A stretch of DNA of 54,420 nt, counting the filler, from Circinaria calcarea (lineage: Eukaryota), in the NCBI GenBank assembly GCA_051942165.1. It is 3 parts of 3 records of this genome, joined end to end, with 100 filler letters (N's around TTAATTAATTAA, not from the genome) between each part and the next. Parts side by side here need not be neighbours in the genome. Positions count along the whole stretch, not along the records: positions 18,208 to 36,283 come from JAVECS010000244.1; positions 36,384 to 54,420 come from JAVECS010000245.1; 1 more part is not named here. One strand, 5' to 3'. Below the pieces are notes generated by a model. That model saw only the letters and a list, made by a program, of their open reading frames with translations, was not told the origin of the DNA and did not search any database. Position numbers and translations under genes: made by a program. Below, in pieces: positions 22,913 through 36,609 of this stretch (within the stretch, counting starts at the first letter, position 1; each line of letters starts with the position of its first letter).

Positions 22913-25900
22913 ATGGATATCGGAGCTCTTCGAAATCGCATACATGCAACCCTTGACCCGAACACGGATATAAGGCGACAAGCCGAGCTTGATCTCAAAT
23001 ATGTACGGTCTAGAGGGGTGGCCGGCAACCCTCGCCGTTTGCTAACGAGAGCGTGCGCAGGCAGAAGATCAAACTGGCTTTCCCAATGCGCTCCTTGACA
23101 TTCTTCAAGCGGAACAAGACAATGGCGTTCGACTGTCCAGTAAGCCCATGGCCTCTAACCTTCGCCTGTCCCTATGGCTGACAGTGTTTGCAGCGGTCGT
23201 CTATCTCAAGAATCGAGTCACTCGAGGCTGGTCACCCGGAGAAGACTATCCCCTCCACAAGCCCATTCCAGAGGACGAGAAACTCTCGTTCCGCAATCGT
23301 CTGCTACCTGTTTTAGCCTCATCACCGCCTCAAATCCGATCTCAGCTCATTCCCATATTACAAAAGATACTACAGTATGACTTTCCCGGCAAATGGCCCG
23401 ACTTTATGGACATTACGATGCAGCTCCTCGGCACCAACGACGCCAATTCTGTCACTGCTGGCCTACAATGCATGTTGGCAATTTGTCGGACGTACAGATT
23501 TAAGGCCGGAGAGACTAGGGAGGAGTTTAATCGCATCGTACAATTATCCTTTGATCAGCTCCTCAGCATCGGGACACGTCTTGTGGATGAAACAAGCGTC
23601 GAAGCAGGGGAAATGCTGAGGATCGTAATAAAGGCCTATAAGCACTCAATCTATGTATGTCTCGGCTGAGGTCGGCATCAGAATTGCTTGAGAAATGAAG
23701 CTAATATACACAGTTCGAGCTTCCAGCATACCTCATGAGCCAGGACCGTATGGTGGGATGGTGTACCTTGTTCATCCGCGTGGTCAGCAAGGAAGCACCC
23801 GCCAATGCTCTCTCGGAAGATTTGGATGAGCGAGAAAGCAATCACTGGTGGAAAGCCAAAAAGTGGGCATATGCGAATTTGAACAGACTCTTCGTACGGT
23901 AGGGCCTCGCTTTCAATTTATGTCGCTTGTTTCACTCTAATAAATGATTAGATACGGCAATCCTAGTACACTCTCCAAGAGCCATGGCCTAGACTATACA
24001 GAATTCGCCAAATCCTTCATCGCCAACTTCGCCCCTGAAATTCTGAAATGTTACCTTCAGGAGATTGAAAAATGGGTTTCGAAGACGGCCTGGCTCAGTA
24101 AGCCTTCACTATCTTATACCCTGACGTTCCTTGACGAGTGCGTTAAACCAAAATCCATGTGGATCCACCTTAAACCTCATATGGAAAACCTTCTGTCTCA
24201 TGTCTTGTTCCCCATCCTGTGTCAGTCGGATGAGGACCTTGAGCTATTTGAGACCGATCCTCAGGAATACGTGCATCGAAAGCTTAACATGTATGAAGAA
24301 GTCTCGGCTCCCGATGTTGCAGCCACAAGTTTCCTGGTATCATTGACCAAGAGTCGCAAGAAACAAACCTTCACCATACTGAATTTCGTGAACGGGGTTG
24401 TCAACAAATACGAATCTGCGCCAGCGGACCAGAAGCTCCCAAGAGAAAAAGAGGGAGCGCTGCGCATGATCGGAACACTAGCTGAGGTGCTGCTTGCGAA
24501 AAAGAGCCCTATTGCACATCAAGTTGAGTACTTTTTCGTACGCCATGTGTTCCCGGAGTTTCGAAGCCCTCATGGATTCCTACGAGCCCGAGCGTGCGAC
24601 TGTTTACAGAAGTTCGAACGTCTCGACTTTCAAGACCAGAGTAACCTCATTTTGATATATCGAAACATCCTCGAATCCATGACTGACCCCGATCTGCCTG
24701 TTCGCGTCGAGGCCGCAATGGCCCTCCAAGTCCTCATTCGCCATGATATCATTCGAACCGAGATGCAATCAAGCATACCGCAGATCATGCAACAGCTACT
24801 TAAACTGGCAAACGAGGTTGATGTCGATTCCTTGGCAAACGTTATGGAAGACTTTGTTGAGGTCTTTGCCTCTGAGCTCACCCCTTTCGCAGTAGCATTG
24901 AGCGAACAGCTGAGGGATACATATCTCCGGATTGTACGAGAACTCCTCGAGCGGAACACGAATAAAGATGAGGATGAGTTCGGTGATTTCTTGGACGATA
25001 AGAGCATTACTGCATTGGGTGTCTTACAGACAATTGGCACCCTGATACTGACTCTGGAAAGTACGCCAGATGTATTATTGCATCTGGAGACTATTTTGAT
25101 GCCGGTTGTCACTATCACCTTGGAAAACAAACTTTTCGGTGGGTATCCCTTTACCGAACATTCAGTGACGTTTCTGACGACTCTTAGACCTGTACAATGA
25201 GGTATTCGAGATCATCGACAGCTGCACATTCGCTGCAAAAAGGATATCTCCAACCATGTGGCAAGCTTTTGAGCTTATGCACAAAACATTCAAAGCTGGA
25301 GCCGAATTATACCTTGAAGGTAGGGGTCCTCTACTGATTCCGGCGCATTCCCCCCTCCGCAAGTGACCGAGGGCTGACGCGCGATCTAGACATGTTGCCA
25401 GCTTTGGACAACTTCGTTTCATACGGCGCGCAAACCATGATGCAGAACCCTGCCTACATTGAAGCAGCTGTTAGTATGGTCCAAGATATTTTCCGCGACG
25501 AGAAGGTTGGAGGCATGGACCGAATCTGCGGGTGCAAACTCGCCGAAGCAATCATGCTCAACTTACGAGGACACGTCGATCAATACATACCCAGTTTAGT
25601 GGAACTGGCGATGACGGTTATCCTAAGCGACGAGCTTAAAGTCAAGTCTTACCGTATTCACCTGATGGAGATGGTCATCAACGCAATCTATTACAATCCA
25701 ATACTGGCCTTGCGAGTCTTGGAATCAAATGGATGGACTAATAAATTCTTCAGCTCTTGGTTCTCGAACATCGAGTCCTTTTCGCGAGTGCACGACAAAA
25801 AACTCTCCATCATTGCCATAAGCTCTTTGCTCACTTTGCGAGCTGAAGATGTTCCAACCAGCGTGCAGCAGGGCTGGCCAAGATTGCTGCAAGGTGTGAT

Positions 25901-26531
25901 TCGGTTATTCCAGACTTTGCCAGCAGCGATGAGGAGTATGCTGGACATCTTCAATGTAAAGGTATTCACTGACAACTTCACAGATCGGGAAGAGGCCACC
26001 AAAGAAAACGACTTTCAGCTCAATTCAGACGATGATGATGATGAACAGGAGGACACTTGGGAGGGTGAAGCCGAGTGGACTAACGATGCCGACGAAATTG
26101 AGGGAGACGTGAAAGATGACAGTGCAGCCTATTTGGAGTTTCTCAACGAAGAGGTGGGATCCTTCCTACCGCCAAACATGCAGCTTACCCTAACCAAGTT
26201 TATAGGCTCAGAAATTTGGTGCAGTCGACGATGATGATGACGAGTTAGAAGAAGAGAGCATACTGGAATCTCCACTTGATAAGGTCGAGCCCTATGGACT
26301 TTTCAAAAACACCTTATTGAGTAGGTTCTGCTGGCTCCGCTCGCGAATTATTACATGAGCTTACTTGGGATTGTAGCCCTTCAGCAACAGCAGCCGCAAC
26401 TTTACGAAAACCTCACGAAAGTCCTAACACCAGAAGAACAGTCAATAGTCCAAGCCGTTATTAACCAAGCCGACACAAATGCTACCGCGGTAGCATCAAC
26501 TCCCACGCAGACGAATGGCGTTTCCCATTGA
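22913..26531 (+). CDS. NMD5: Importin-7/8 family karyopherin beta (Nmd5/Sxm1-like); about 10 exons
   Basis: IBN_N start MDIGALRNRIHATLDPNTDIRRQAE, YLKNRV..W, YDFPGKWP, WWKAKKWAYANLNRLF, EKEGAL, RVHDKKL and acidic C-terminal loop. Nine GT-AG introns located; stop TGA at 26529-26531. Confidence 0.92.
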
Positions 26532-27959
26532 TACCCAAACGTGTGTCTCGCTTTTATTACTCTGCATTTCGGGCCATAGCATTGCATGTAATCCAACGGC
26601 GCTGGCACAGGTTAGGTGGTATTCGAACTTTACTAGAAAGTTCCAGGTATTTCAGATCGGTAACCAGGTGTATCATGATTTACGTCGATACCCTTCCATC
26701 GCTTTTACGACAACATGCAAATGCAAAGTCCTCTTACCGACATCAGAATTTAGAGCCAAACAGGTTCGTTAGAGAAGCTCTCTATCCTCTATCAGCGTAC
26801 ATGGGACTCAAGGATGGAACATCACCTCGACGATCGAATTAACAAATTGTCTCATTCGGGGGTGAGGGAGCTCTAAGTGTCCGCTATCGACATACAAGGG
26901 CTTCCAGCACATTTGCTTGAGCCTAGGCAAATCATGATATTTCCGGACTCGTATACTTCTGATACAAAAGTATCATATCCTCCGCAGCTCGTTTGAAATC
27001 TACCCAAGGCCGCCAGATTAGACTTGTGCCAACCAAAAGGAGACTGCTGGAAGTCTGTGATATTTGGAAGGGGAGAGCAAAGGCAAAAAGGGACTAGATT
27101 GATAGGCTCGAAAAACGGTTGGGTTAGTTCAGGCTCTTGCTACCGGCTAATAGTACGCGTGAGGGGAGGAAATGCTGACGGAGGGAATTGCTTGGGGTAT
27201 CAGTATGTAGGCTAAGAAACATTCTAGACTCATCGAGGTACAGATATCTGTACCTCGATGAGTCTAGAATGTTTCTTAGCCTACATACTGATACCCCAAG
27301 CAATTCCCTCCGTCAGCATTTCCTCCCCTCACGCGTACTATTAGCCGGTAGCAAGAGCCTGAACTAACCCAACCGTTTTTCGAGCCTATCAATCTAGTCC
27401 CTTTTTGCCTTTGCTCTCCCCTTCCAAATATCACAGACTTCCAGCAGTCTCCTTTTGGTTGGCACAAGTCTAATCTGGCGGCCTTGGGTAGATTTCAAAC
27501 GAGCTGCGGAGGATATGATACTTTTGTATCAGAAGTATACGAGTCCGGAAATATCATGATTTGCCTAGGCTCAAGCAAATGTGCTGGAAGCCCTTGTATG
27601 TCGATAGCGGACACTTAGAGCTCCCTCACCCCCGAATGAGACAATTTGTTAATTCGATCGTCGAGGTGATGTTCCATCCTTGAGTCCCATGTACGCTGAT
27701 AGAGGATAGAGAGCTTCTCTAACGAACCTGTTTGGCTCTAAATTCTGATGTCGGTAAGAGGACTTTGCATTTGCATGTTGTCGTAAAAGCGATGGAAGGG
27801 TATCGACGTAAATCATGATACACCTGGTTACCGATCTGAAATACCTGGAACTTTCTAGTAAAGTTCGAATACCACCTAACCTGTGCCAGCGCCGTTGGAT
27901 TACATGCAATGCTATGGCCCGAAATGCAGAGTAATAAAAGCGAGACACACGTTTGGGTA

Positions 27960-30900
27960 TCAATGGGAAACGCCATTCGTCTGCGTGGGAGTTGATGCTA
28001 CCGCGGTAGCATTTGTGTCGGCTTGGTTAATAACGGCTTGGACTATTGACTGTTCTTCTGGTGTTAGGACTTTCGTGAGGTTTTCGTAAAGTTGCGGCTG
28101 CTGTTGCTGAAGGGCTACAATCCCAAGTAAGCTCATGTAATAATTCGCGAGCGGAGCCAGCAGAACCTACTCAATAAGGTGTTTTTGAAAAGTCCATAGG
28201 GCTCGACCTTATCAAGTGGAGATTCCAGTATGCTCTCTTCTTCTAACTCGTCATCATCATCGTCGACTGCACCAAATTTCTGAGCCTATAAACTTGGTTA
28301 GGGTAAGCTGCATGTTTGGCGGTAGGAAGGATCCCACCTCTTCGTTGAGAAACTCCAAATAGGCTGCACTGTCATCTTTCACGTCTCCCTCAATTTCGTC
28401 GGCATCGTTAGTCCACTCGGCTTCACCCTCCCAAGTGTCCTCCTGTTCATCATCATCATCGTCTGAATTGAGCTGAAAGTCGTTTTCTTTGGTGGCCTCT
28501 TCCCGATCTGTGAAGTTGTCAGTGAATACCTTTACATTGAAGATGTCCAGCATACTCCTCATCGCTGCTGGCAAAGTCTGGAATAACCGAATCACACCTT
28601 GCAGCAATCTTGGCCAGCCCTGCTGCACGCTGGTTGGAACATCTTCAGCTCGCAAAGTGAGCAAAGAGCTTATGGCAATGATGGAGAGTTTTTTGTCGTG
28701 CACTCGCGAAAAGGACTCGATGTTCGAGAACCAAGAGCTGAAGAATTTATTAGTCCATCCATTTGATTCCAAGACTCGCAAGGCCAGTATTGGATTGTAA
28801 TAGATTGCGTTGATGACCATCTCCATCAGGTGAATACGGTAAGACTTGACTTTAAGCTCGTCGCTTAGGATAACCGTCATCGCCAGTTCCACTAAACTGG
28901 GTATGTATTGATCGACGTGTCCTCGTAAGTTGAGCATGATTGCTTCGGCGAGTTTGCACCCGCAGATTCGGTCCATGCCTCCAACCTTCTCGTCGCGGAA
29001 AATATCTTGGACCATACTAACAGCTGCTTCAATGTAGGCAGGGTTCTGCATCATGGTTTGCGCGCCGTATGAAACGAAGTTGTCCAAAGCTGGCAACATG
29101 TCTAGATCGCGCGTCAGCCCTCGGTCACTTGCGGAGGGGGGAATGCGCCGGAATCAGTAGAGGACCCCTACCTTCAAGGTATAATTCGGCTCCAGCTTTG
29201 AATGTTTTGTGCATAAGCTCAAAAGCTTGCCACATGGTTGGAGATATCCTTTTTGCAGCGAATGTGCAGCTGTCGATGATCTCGAATACCTCATTGTACA
29301 GGTCTAAGAGTCGTCAGAAACGTCACTGAATGTTCGGTAAAGGGATACCCACCGAAAAGTTTGTTTTCCAAGGTGATAGTGACAACCGGCATCAAAATAG
29401 TCTCCAGATGCAATAATACATCTGGCGTACTTTCCAGAGTCAGTATCAGGGTGCCAATTGTCTGTAAGACACCCAATGCAGTAATGCTCTTATCGTCCAA
29501 GAAATCACCGAACTCATCCTCATCTTTATTCGTGTTCCGCTCGAGGAGTTCTCGTACAATCCGGAGATATGTATCCCTCAGCTGTTCGCTCAATGCTACT
29601 GCGAAAGGGGTGAGCTCAGAGGCAAAGACCTCAACAAAGTCTTCCATAACGTTTGCCAAGGAATCGACATCAACCTCGTTTGCCAGTTTAAGTAGCTGTT
29701 GCATGATCTGCGGTATGCTTGATTGCATCTCGGTTCGAATGATATCATGGCGAATGAGGACTTGGAGGGCCATTGCGGCCTCGACGCGAACAGGCAGATC
29801 GGGGTCAGTCATGGATTCGAGGATGTTTCGATATATCAAAATGAGGTTACTCTGGTCTTGAAAGTCGAGACGTTCGAACTTCTGTAAACAGTCGCACGCT
29901 CGGGCTCGTAGGAATCCATGAGGGCTTCGAAACTCCGGGAACACATGGCGTACGAAAAAGTACTCAACTTGATGTGCAATAGGGCTCTTTTTCGCAAGCA
30001 GCACCTCAGCTAGTGTTCCGATCATGCGCAGCGCTCCCTCTTTTTCTCTTGGGAGCTTCTGGTCCGCTGGCGCAGATTCGTATTTGTTGACAACCCCGTT
30101 CACGAAATTCAGTATGGTGAAGGTTTGTTTCTTGCGACTCTTGGTCAATGATACCAGGAAACTTGTGGCTGCAACATCGGGAGCCGAGACTTCTTCATAC
30201 ATGTTAAGCTTTCGATGCACGTATTCCTGAGGATCGGTCTCAAATAGCTCAAGGTCCTCATCCGACTGACACAGGATGGGGAACAAGACATGAGACAGAA
30301 GGTTTTCCATATGAGGTTTAAGGTGGATCCACATGGATTTTGGTTTAACGCACTCGTCAAGGAACGTCAGGGTATAAGATAGTGAAGGCTTACTGAGCCA
30401 GGCCGTCTTCGAAACCCATTTTTCAATCTCCTGAAGGTAACATTTCAGAATTTCAGGGGCGAAGTTGGCGATGAAGGATTTGGCGAATTCTGTATAGTCT
30501 AGGCCATGGCTCTTGGAGAGTGTACTAGGATTGCCGTATCTAATCATTTATTAGAGTGAAACAAGCGACATAAATTGAAAGCGAGGCCCTACCGTACGAA
30601 GAGTCTGTTCAAATTCGCATATGCCCACTTTTTGGCTTTCCACCAGTGATTGCTTTCTCGCTCATCCAAATCTTCCGAGAGAGCATTGGCGGGTGCTTCC
30701 TTGCTGACCACGCGGATGAACAAGGTACACCATCCCACCATACGGTCCTGGCTCATGAGGTATGCTGGAAGCTCGAACTGTGTATATTAGCTTCATTTCT
30801 CAAGCAATTCTGATGCCGACCTCAGCCGAGACATACATAGATTGAGTGCTTATAGGCCTTTATTACGATCCTCAGCATTTCCCCTGCTTCGACGCTTGTT

Positions 30901-31578
30901 TCATCCACAAGACGTGTCCCGATGCTGAGGAGCTGATCAAAGGATAATTGTACGATGCGATTAAACTCCTCCCTAGTCTCTCCGGCCTTAAATCTGTACG
31001 TCCGACAAATTGCCAACATGCATTGTAGGCCAGCAGTGACAGAATTGGCGTCGTTGGTGCCGAGGAGCTGCATCGTAATGTCCATAAAGTCGGGCCATTT
31101 GCCGGGAAAGTCATACTGTAGTATCTTTTGTAATATGGGAATGAGCTGAGATCGGATTTGAGGCGGTGATGAGGCTAAAACAGGTAGCAGACGATTGCGG
31201 AACGAGAGTTTCTCGTCCTCTGGAATGGGCTTGTGGAGGGGATAGTCTTCTCCGGGTGACCAGCCTCGAGTGACTCGATTCTTGAGATAGACGACCGCTG
31301 CAAACACTGTCAGCCATAGGGACAGGCGAAGGTTAGAGGCCATGGGCTTACTGGACAGTCGAACGCCATTGTCTTGTTCCGCTTGAAGAATGTCAAGGAG
31401 CGCATTGGGAAAGCCAGTTTGATCTTCTGCCTGCGCACGCTCTCGTTAGCAAACGGCGAGGGTTGCCGGCCACCCCTCTAGACCGTACATATTTGAGATC
31501 AAGCTCGGCTTGTCGCCTTATATCCGTGTTCGGGTCAAGGGTTGCATGTATGCGATTTCGAAGAGCTCCGATATCCAT
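27960..31578 (-). CDS. NMD5: Mirror copy of NMD5/importin-7 in the palindrome's second arm (probably artefactual duplicate)
   Basis: Reverse complement of 22913-26531 with identical ORF translations. Confidence 0.85.
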
Positions 31579-31965
31579 CCTTGATTACTCGCTCCGCAAG
31601 GTGTGCTCAGTACTCTTTGTGTCGGAGGGAAGAGCAATGAGCTCGATGGAAAGCAGCATCTGCTCTTGGGCGGGTTGGTGATGGCGCAGTTCGTTATGCA
31701 GATTCTGACGGCCAAGTCTTCAAAATAAATACAAGGTCCGACGGGGTTTGGGTGTTGATTGGTAGTCGCTTGTTGTGCCACGAGGGCGCCATCTGCAGAC
31801 CGATCTGATCACCGGGTCTCACTACCGCCCACGTTCGATCAAATACAGCATCACGACATGTGTCGCGAATGCATTGCGGAAAGGTCCACGCGCCCGCCTC
31901 AGTACATCTATGTTACAGACCGAGCCGCATGGCCCGCCTAAGCTTTACGCTCGCTACCTGCAACC

Positions 31966-34900
31966 CTACATATACAGCGAAGCCACCGCGGTAATGTCCC
32001 TCTTAATCATCTCCTGTGCTGTCTGCATCTTGGTAAACAGCGTTGGATCCCCAATTATCCTGGCTGCGTTCTTCACCTCGCGACAAGTCTCATCGAGTCT
32101 TGTGATGACACGTACAATCGTTCCTTCCAGCACATCCGTAAGATCCGTAATTCTGTTGAAAGACATTCCCCTCGCCCACTCGTATACAACCTCGACAAGA
32201 CCGAAGCGGGGGCGGCTAACGAAATCATTCGAATCGTCGCTTGATAAGATCACCTGATGCTCCGTCTGAAAAGCGTTGACTTTGTGGGAGATGTTGATGA
32301 TGGTCTCTTTGCCTTTCTCCAGGCTAGCCGTCAAGCTTGGTTCCACATCCGTTTTCTCTTGGAAAACAAAGGCCGAGAGAAGTGCCACGATCTCCTCGGG
32401 CTCAAAGTCGGCTAGTACGTTCTCGAGTATCAACTCTGTAAGTACTAATTCGTCGGCGGAATGGATCTAAGAGACCGTCAGTACGGCGATTGCAGATCCG
32501 ATCATTCTTGACTGACTTCACAAGCTACTTTCCCTTTCAGCTCAACCCGGGAGTTCTCATCGACAAAGCCGAGATCTTTCAAAACTAAGATACGCTGCTC
32601 GTAATCTGGCAGAAGCTGTAAGTTTTGATCAGACATGATCTGCCGTAGCTGCAAGATGTTCTCCTTGATAAGCCATTCATCATGGCACATGGCAAACTTC
32701 AGAGTGTCAACTTGTGCTTCAAAGGTAATTCCAGGCTACATACGTGCTTCACAAAGTTCGGACATTGTACACATTGAGAATTCTCAATGGTGCTCAACTG
32801 CTGCTTTCGGGCTTCCAGGATATCTCGGAGTTGGACCTCCTTAATACGATTTAACCAATCGAGCTCGGTCCAACACGGTGATTCCCATGAAACAGAGAAC
32901 TTGCACAGTTCCTGCTTTGCAAACTTGACTGCCTCTTCTCTATGGTTCAATATCTCGGTCAGGTTAATCTGTTACCCAATATTAGTAACTACTTCGGCTT
33001 CGATGTTCTAAAACTGTCTTCTAACCTTGACCGTAGTCTTTGTAATGCACTCAACGTCACCCAAAGGGATTCTAACGGGTTTCAAACTTATTTCTACCGG
33101 TGTCTTCGGCAATGCTGTAAAGAACGGTTTGAATTTAGGTACAAAAGGTAAAAGATCGCTTGATTGTCTACTTGTTACAGAGCTTCCCATAGAAAGCACC
33201 TCTATAGCTGGTGGGGATCCTCTGCCGATTCCATCGTGAAGAAGTACTCCAGCCATACGGACACCATCCTAGGAGAATTGTCAGTACGTCGGAGAAAATT
33301 AAGATACACGTATTACTACTTTACGATAAGCTACCAGCCGCTTCGCGGAAAACATGCGTCTACCGATTGGAGAAGCCAGAAGTCCGAGATGTACGTCGAC
33401 TGTCGCCGATTGAAAGCTCATAGATGCTTCATGGCATTGGTTGATGTCAACGTCGCAGATGTCGCAGGGCTCCCTCTTTATTTTCACTAGGTCAGCTTCG
33501 GATAATTTGACTTGCTTCTCGTGCTGTGGCAACAGCGCTTGAGTTGCGTTTTCACTAAAACTTCTTTTGATCATTTCTTCAATCTTTAGGGCCTCAACGC
33601 GGAGTAGATTAAGAATCATGTTGTATGTAAGGCGGAACTGCGAGCGCAGCTTGGTCGGGTCACCCAGAATCATGTGTCTCAATGTTGCCACTGGTGGAGC
33701 TTCATCAGTCCCAGTCGCAACAATGATGACACTGCCAACCGGGTCGAGGCCCCGACGGCCTGCTCGCCCAGCCATCTGTGTATATTCTCCAGGGAGGAGA
33801 TGTCGAAATGCTCTACCGTCATGCTTGCGAAACCCTGAAAAAACAACAGTACGAGTTGGGAGGTTTAGGCCCATGGCAAAGGTCTCTGTTGCAAAGAGCA
33901 CCTTGACTAGCGTTTTGGCAAACAGTATCTCCACAACTTCCTTGACAATGGGTAGTAACCCTCCATGGTGCACTGCGATCCCTCTACTCAATAGCTCTCG
34001 CAGGCGTCTGATCTGGGGAAGTATGCGGTCTTCTGGCTTTAGTCGAGCAATAGAGCGCTCGATAATCATATGTATCGCGCTTTTCTCAGCAGCGGTACAG
34101 AAATCCAGGTTTGAAAGGGCATCAGCGTTCTCCTCGCACCGCTTCTTGGAAAAAACGAAGATACATGCAGGCAGAAGGTCATCTTTCCTAAGATGTTGAA
34201 CAAGATGAACCCAGATGTTTCGATCTTGGGCAGCAGTTGTACGACCGCCGCCTCGACCGGTACGAGCAATATTACCAATCCCTCGTTGCGTTGAACCTCG
34301 GCCGCGCTGTTGGGGACCGCCTCGCTGTGAACCACCACGCTGAATCTGGCTACGAGAACGAGCATTGGCACCACCACGTTGACTCGGGAGAACTTCAGTT
34401 ACTGTTACAGCCTTAATCTTGTCCTTTCCGGATAAAGCATTATTGGCTTCTTTCCAGCCTTTTTCGAGAAACTGCTTCTCCGCATTGACAATCTTATACA
34501 TGGCCTTGTTCGCCCAAAGATAATGTTCCAAAGGCACTGGACGCTTCGGTGTTGAGATGACATATATATCCTTTTTCTTCGTCCTTCCGACCCACGATGC
34601 GAACTCATAAGTGTTGGGTACTGTTGCTGAAAGCAGAATTAAAGTTACATGCTCTGGGAGCATGATAATGACCTCTTCCCAGACAACACCTCGCTCAAGA
34701 TCATTGACATAGTGCACCTCATCAAATATCACATACTCAACGTCTCTTATCAGATCTGCTCCTCGGTATAGCATGCTCCGCAAGATTTCCGTAGTCATGA
34801 TTAAGCAACTCGCCTCTGGTCGGATCTGAACATCTCCAGTCAGGATTCCAACATCTTCGAACTCATGTCGGAAGTCGCGAAACTTCTGGTTACTTAGAGC

Positions 34901-36074
34901 TTTGATTGGAGACGTGTAGACGGCTTTGGTCATGTGCTTAGCAGCTAAAGCTATAGCATACTCTGCAACAACTGTTTTGCCAGCAGAAGTGTGTGCTGCA
35001 ACGAAGACGGAATCACCGTTTTCAAGATGATATACTGCTTCTTTCTGGAACGTGTCAAGCTCAAACGGCCATTCTCTTGCCAAATCAGGGACCAGGTCAC
35101 GGAAATTGGTGATATCCCGATTAACGTCAACCATGTGCGCCCACTCGTGGCCACCCCTTTTCATATGAGATACTGCAAGCGGCCTGCGAGGTTCCAACGC
35201 TGGGAATTCAACAGGTAGCAGGGAATCAATATCATCTTCCACTGCTTCACTCTGCCCCCCATCATCTGAATTGTCACCATCAGGAGAAAATCCGTTGAGC
35301 TGGACTTCGTCCAAATTGCCCTCAGCGACTACATCTTCTGGCTCTTCACCAAGAGCCTCTTCTATTTGATGAGCGGCGTGTTCGTCAACTACATTCCGCG
35401 CCTTTGCAAAATCAAGCCCTCGTGCAAAGCCCGGTGGTACCTCCAAGAGGCCACCTTCGTTACCAAAGTTAATGACCCGGTTTAAAGCATTAGCCTTGGT
35501 CCCGTTAGCCCCTTTGCTTTCCTGAATGACTTGCTCCTCTAGATCCGCAACAGCTTGAATGCCATCAAGGCCCCCTGGTACGAACGGGAAAAACCCAGCT
35601 GCTCCGCGAACAAATTCTGCTCGGTTGGCCGGCTTTCGCAGTAACGAGGTAGAGTTCTTAGCAGTAGCGCTGTTCGCAGGAACCGTTAATTCCTTGTAGC
35701 CCGTAACTCTTCCCTCAAGACCCTCCCGAGTGAACCGTGTTATTGTGCGGGTCTGCGTTGGCGCCATTTGAAAAAGTCCTGTGTAGTCTAGAGGAGCGTC
35801 CCATCTTCTATAGCCTGCGTGAGTGGGTGAGTTTATAACTATAGAGGTTGGGGCCTTACTGCTGTAATCTATTAAGCCACTCAGCGCTGAATGTCGTAGG
35901 CGGACTTAGAAACTCATCCTCGAGCTGTTGCTTGAGTTTTCCAGGGATCGGTCTAAGTTTCTTTTGAGGGCGTGGTTCTAAGAGAAAGGCCTTAAGACTA
36001 TCTTCGCAAAGATCCTTTTTCTCTCGCGAGCTGATATGAATAGATTCTATGGCACTCAGGAGGTCATCTGCCAT
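31966..36074 (-). CDS. SKI2: Mirror copy of SKI2 in the palindrome's second arm (probably artefactual duplicate)
   Basis: Reverse complement of 18417-22525 with identical ORF translations. Confidence 0.85.
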
Positions 36075-36283
36075 GTTTGCTGTAGGTAAGAAACCGGGGA
36101 CCAAAAAAGCGTGTCTAAAAGGAGCAAAATCTGTTTTTTAGGAGTAGGCGTTATGACATTCCATGCATCGCAATCTCATTTGAATTCTACTGCCACGATT
36201 GTCGAATAGTCTTTAGAAAAAAAGGAAATTGCTTGAATATATCCAGTTTTTGTTAAGCAAATCTGTAGTGTTCACACGAACTT

Positions 36284-36383
36284 NNNNNNNNNNNNNNNNN
36301 NNNNNNNNNNNNNNNNNNNNNNNNNNNTTAATTAATTAANNNNNNNNNNNNNNNNNNNNNNNNNNNNNNNNNNNNNNNNNNNN
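36284..36383. other. Artificial contig spacer N44-TTAATTAATTAA-N44
   Basis: Same 100-bp layout as 18108-18207; 12-mer at 36328-36339. Confidence 0.97.
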
Positions 36384-36609
36384 AAGAAAACCGGATCGAA
36401 ATCTCCATTGTGGTAAGCTTTCCCATTGGCAATCCTGTCGAAGATAAATACATGCCAAGGGGGGGTATCACATCACATCATCATCTCCAGCCAACTCAAA
36501 CGCCCCCGAAATGCAAGCAAAGCACCCGACGCCCTCCCCTTTAAACCCCACATCACGAAAGGAATCCCCCTGTCCCAGTTGATCAATCGATCCCATTTAT
36601 CCCTCCCCC

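Larger units (their letters stand above)
18208..36283. repeat. Perfect 18,076-bp palindrome (two 9,038-bp inverted arms, no spacer) making up the whole contig
   Basis: Centre reads ...GAGGTACAGAT|ATCTGTACCTC.... Every ORF in the track has an identical mirror whose coordinates sum to 54491. The ends AAGTTCGTGTG and CACACGAACTT are reverse complements. Confidence 0.98.

Noticed and set aside
18208..36283. Palindrome as a transposon, linear plasmid or virus with terminal inverted repeats
   Set aside because: It contains only intron-bearing housekeeping genes: no transposase, polymerase, protelomerase, capsid or unique central region.
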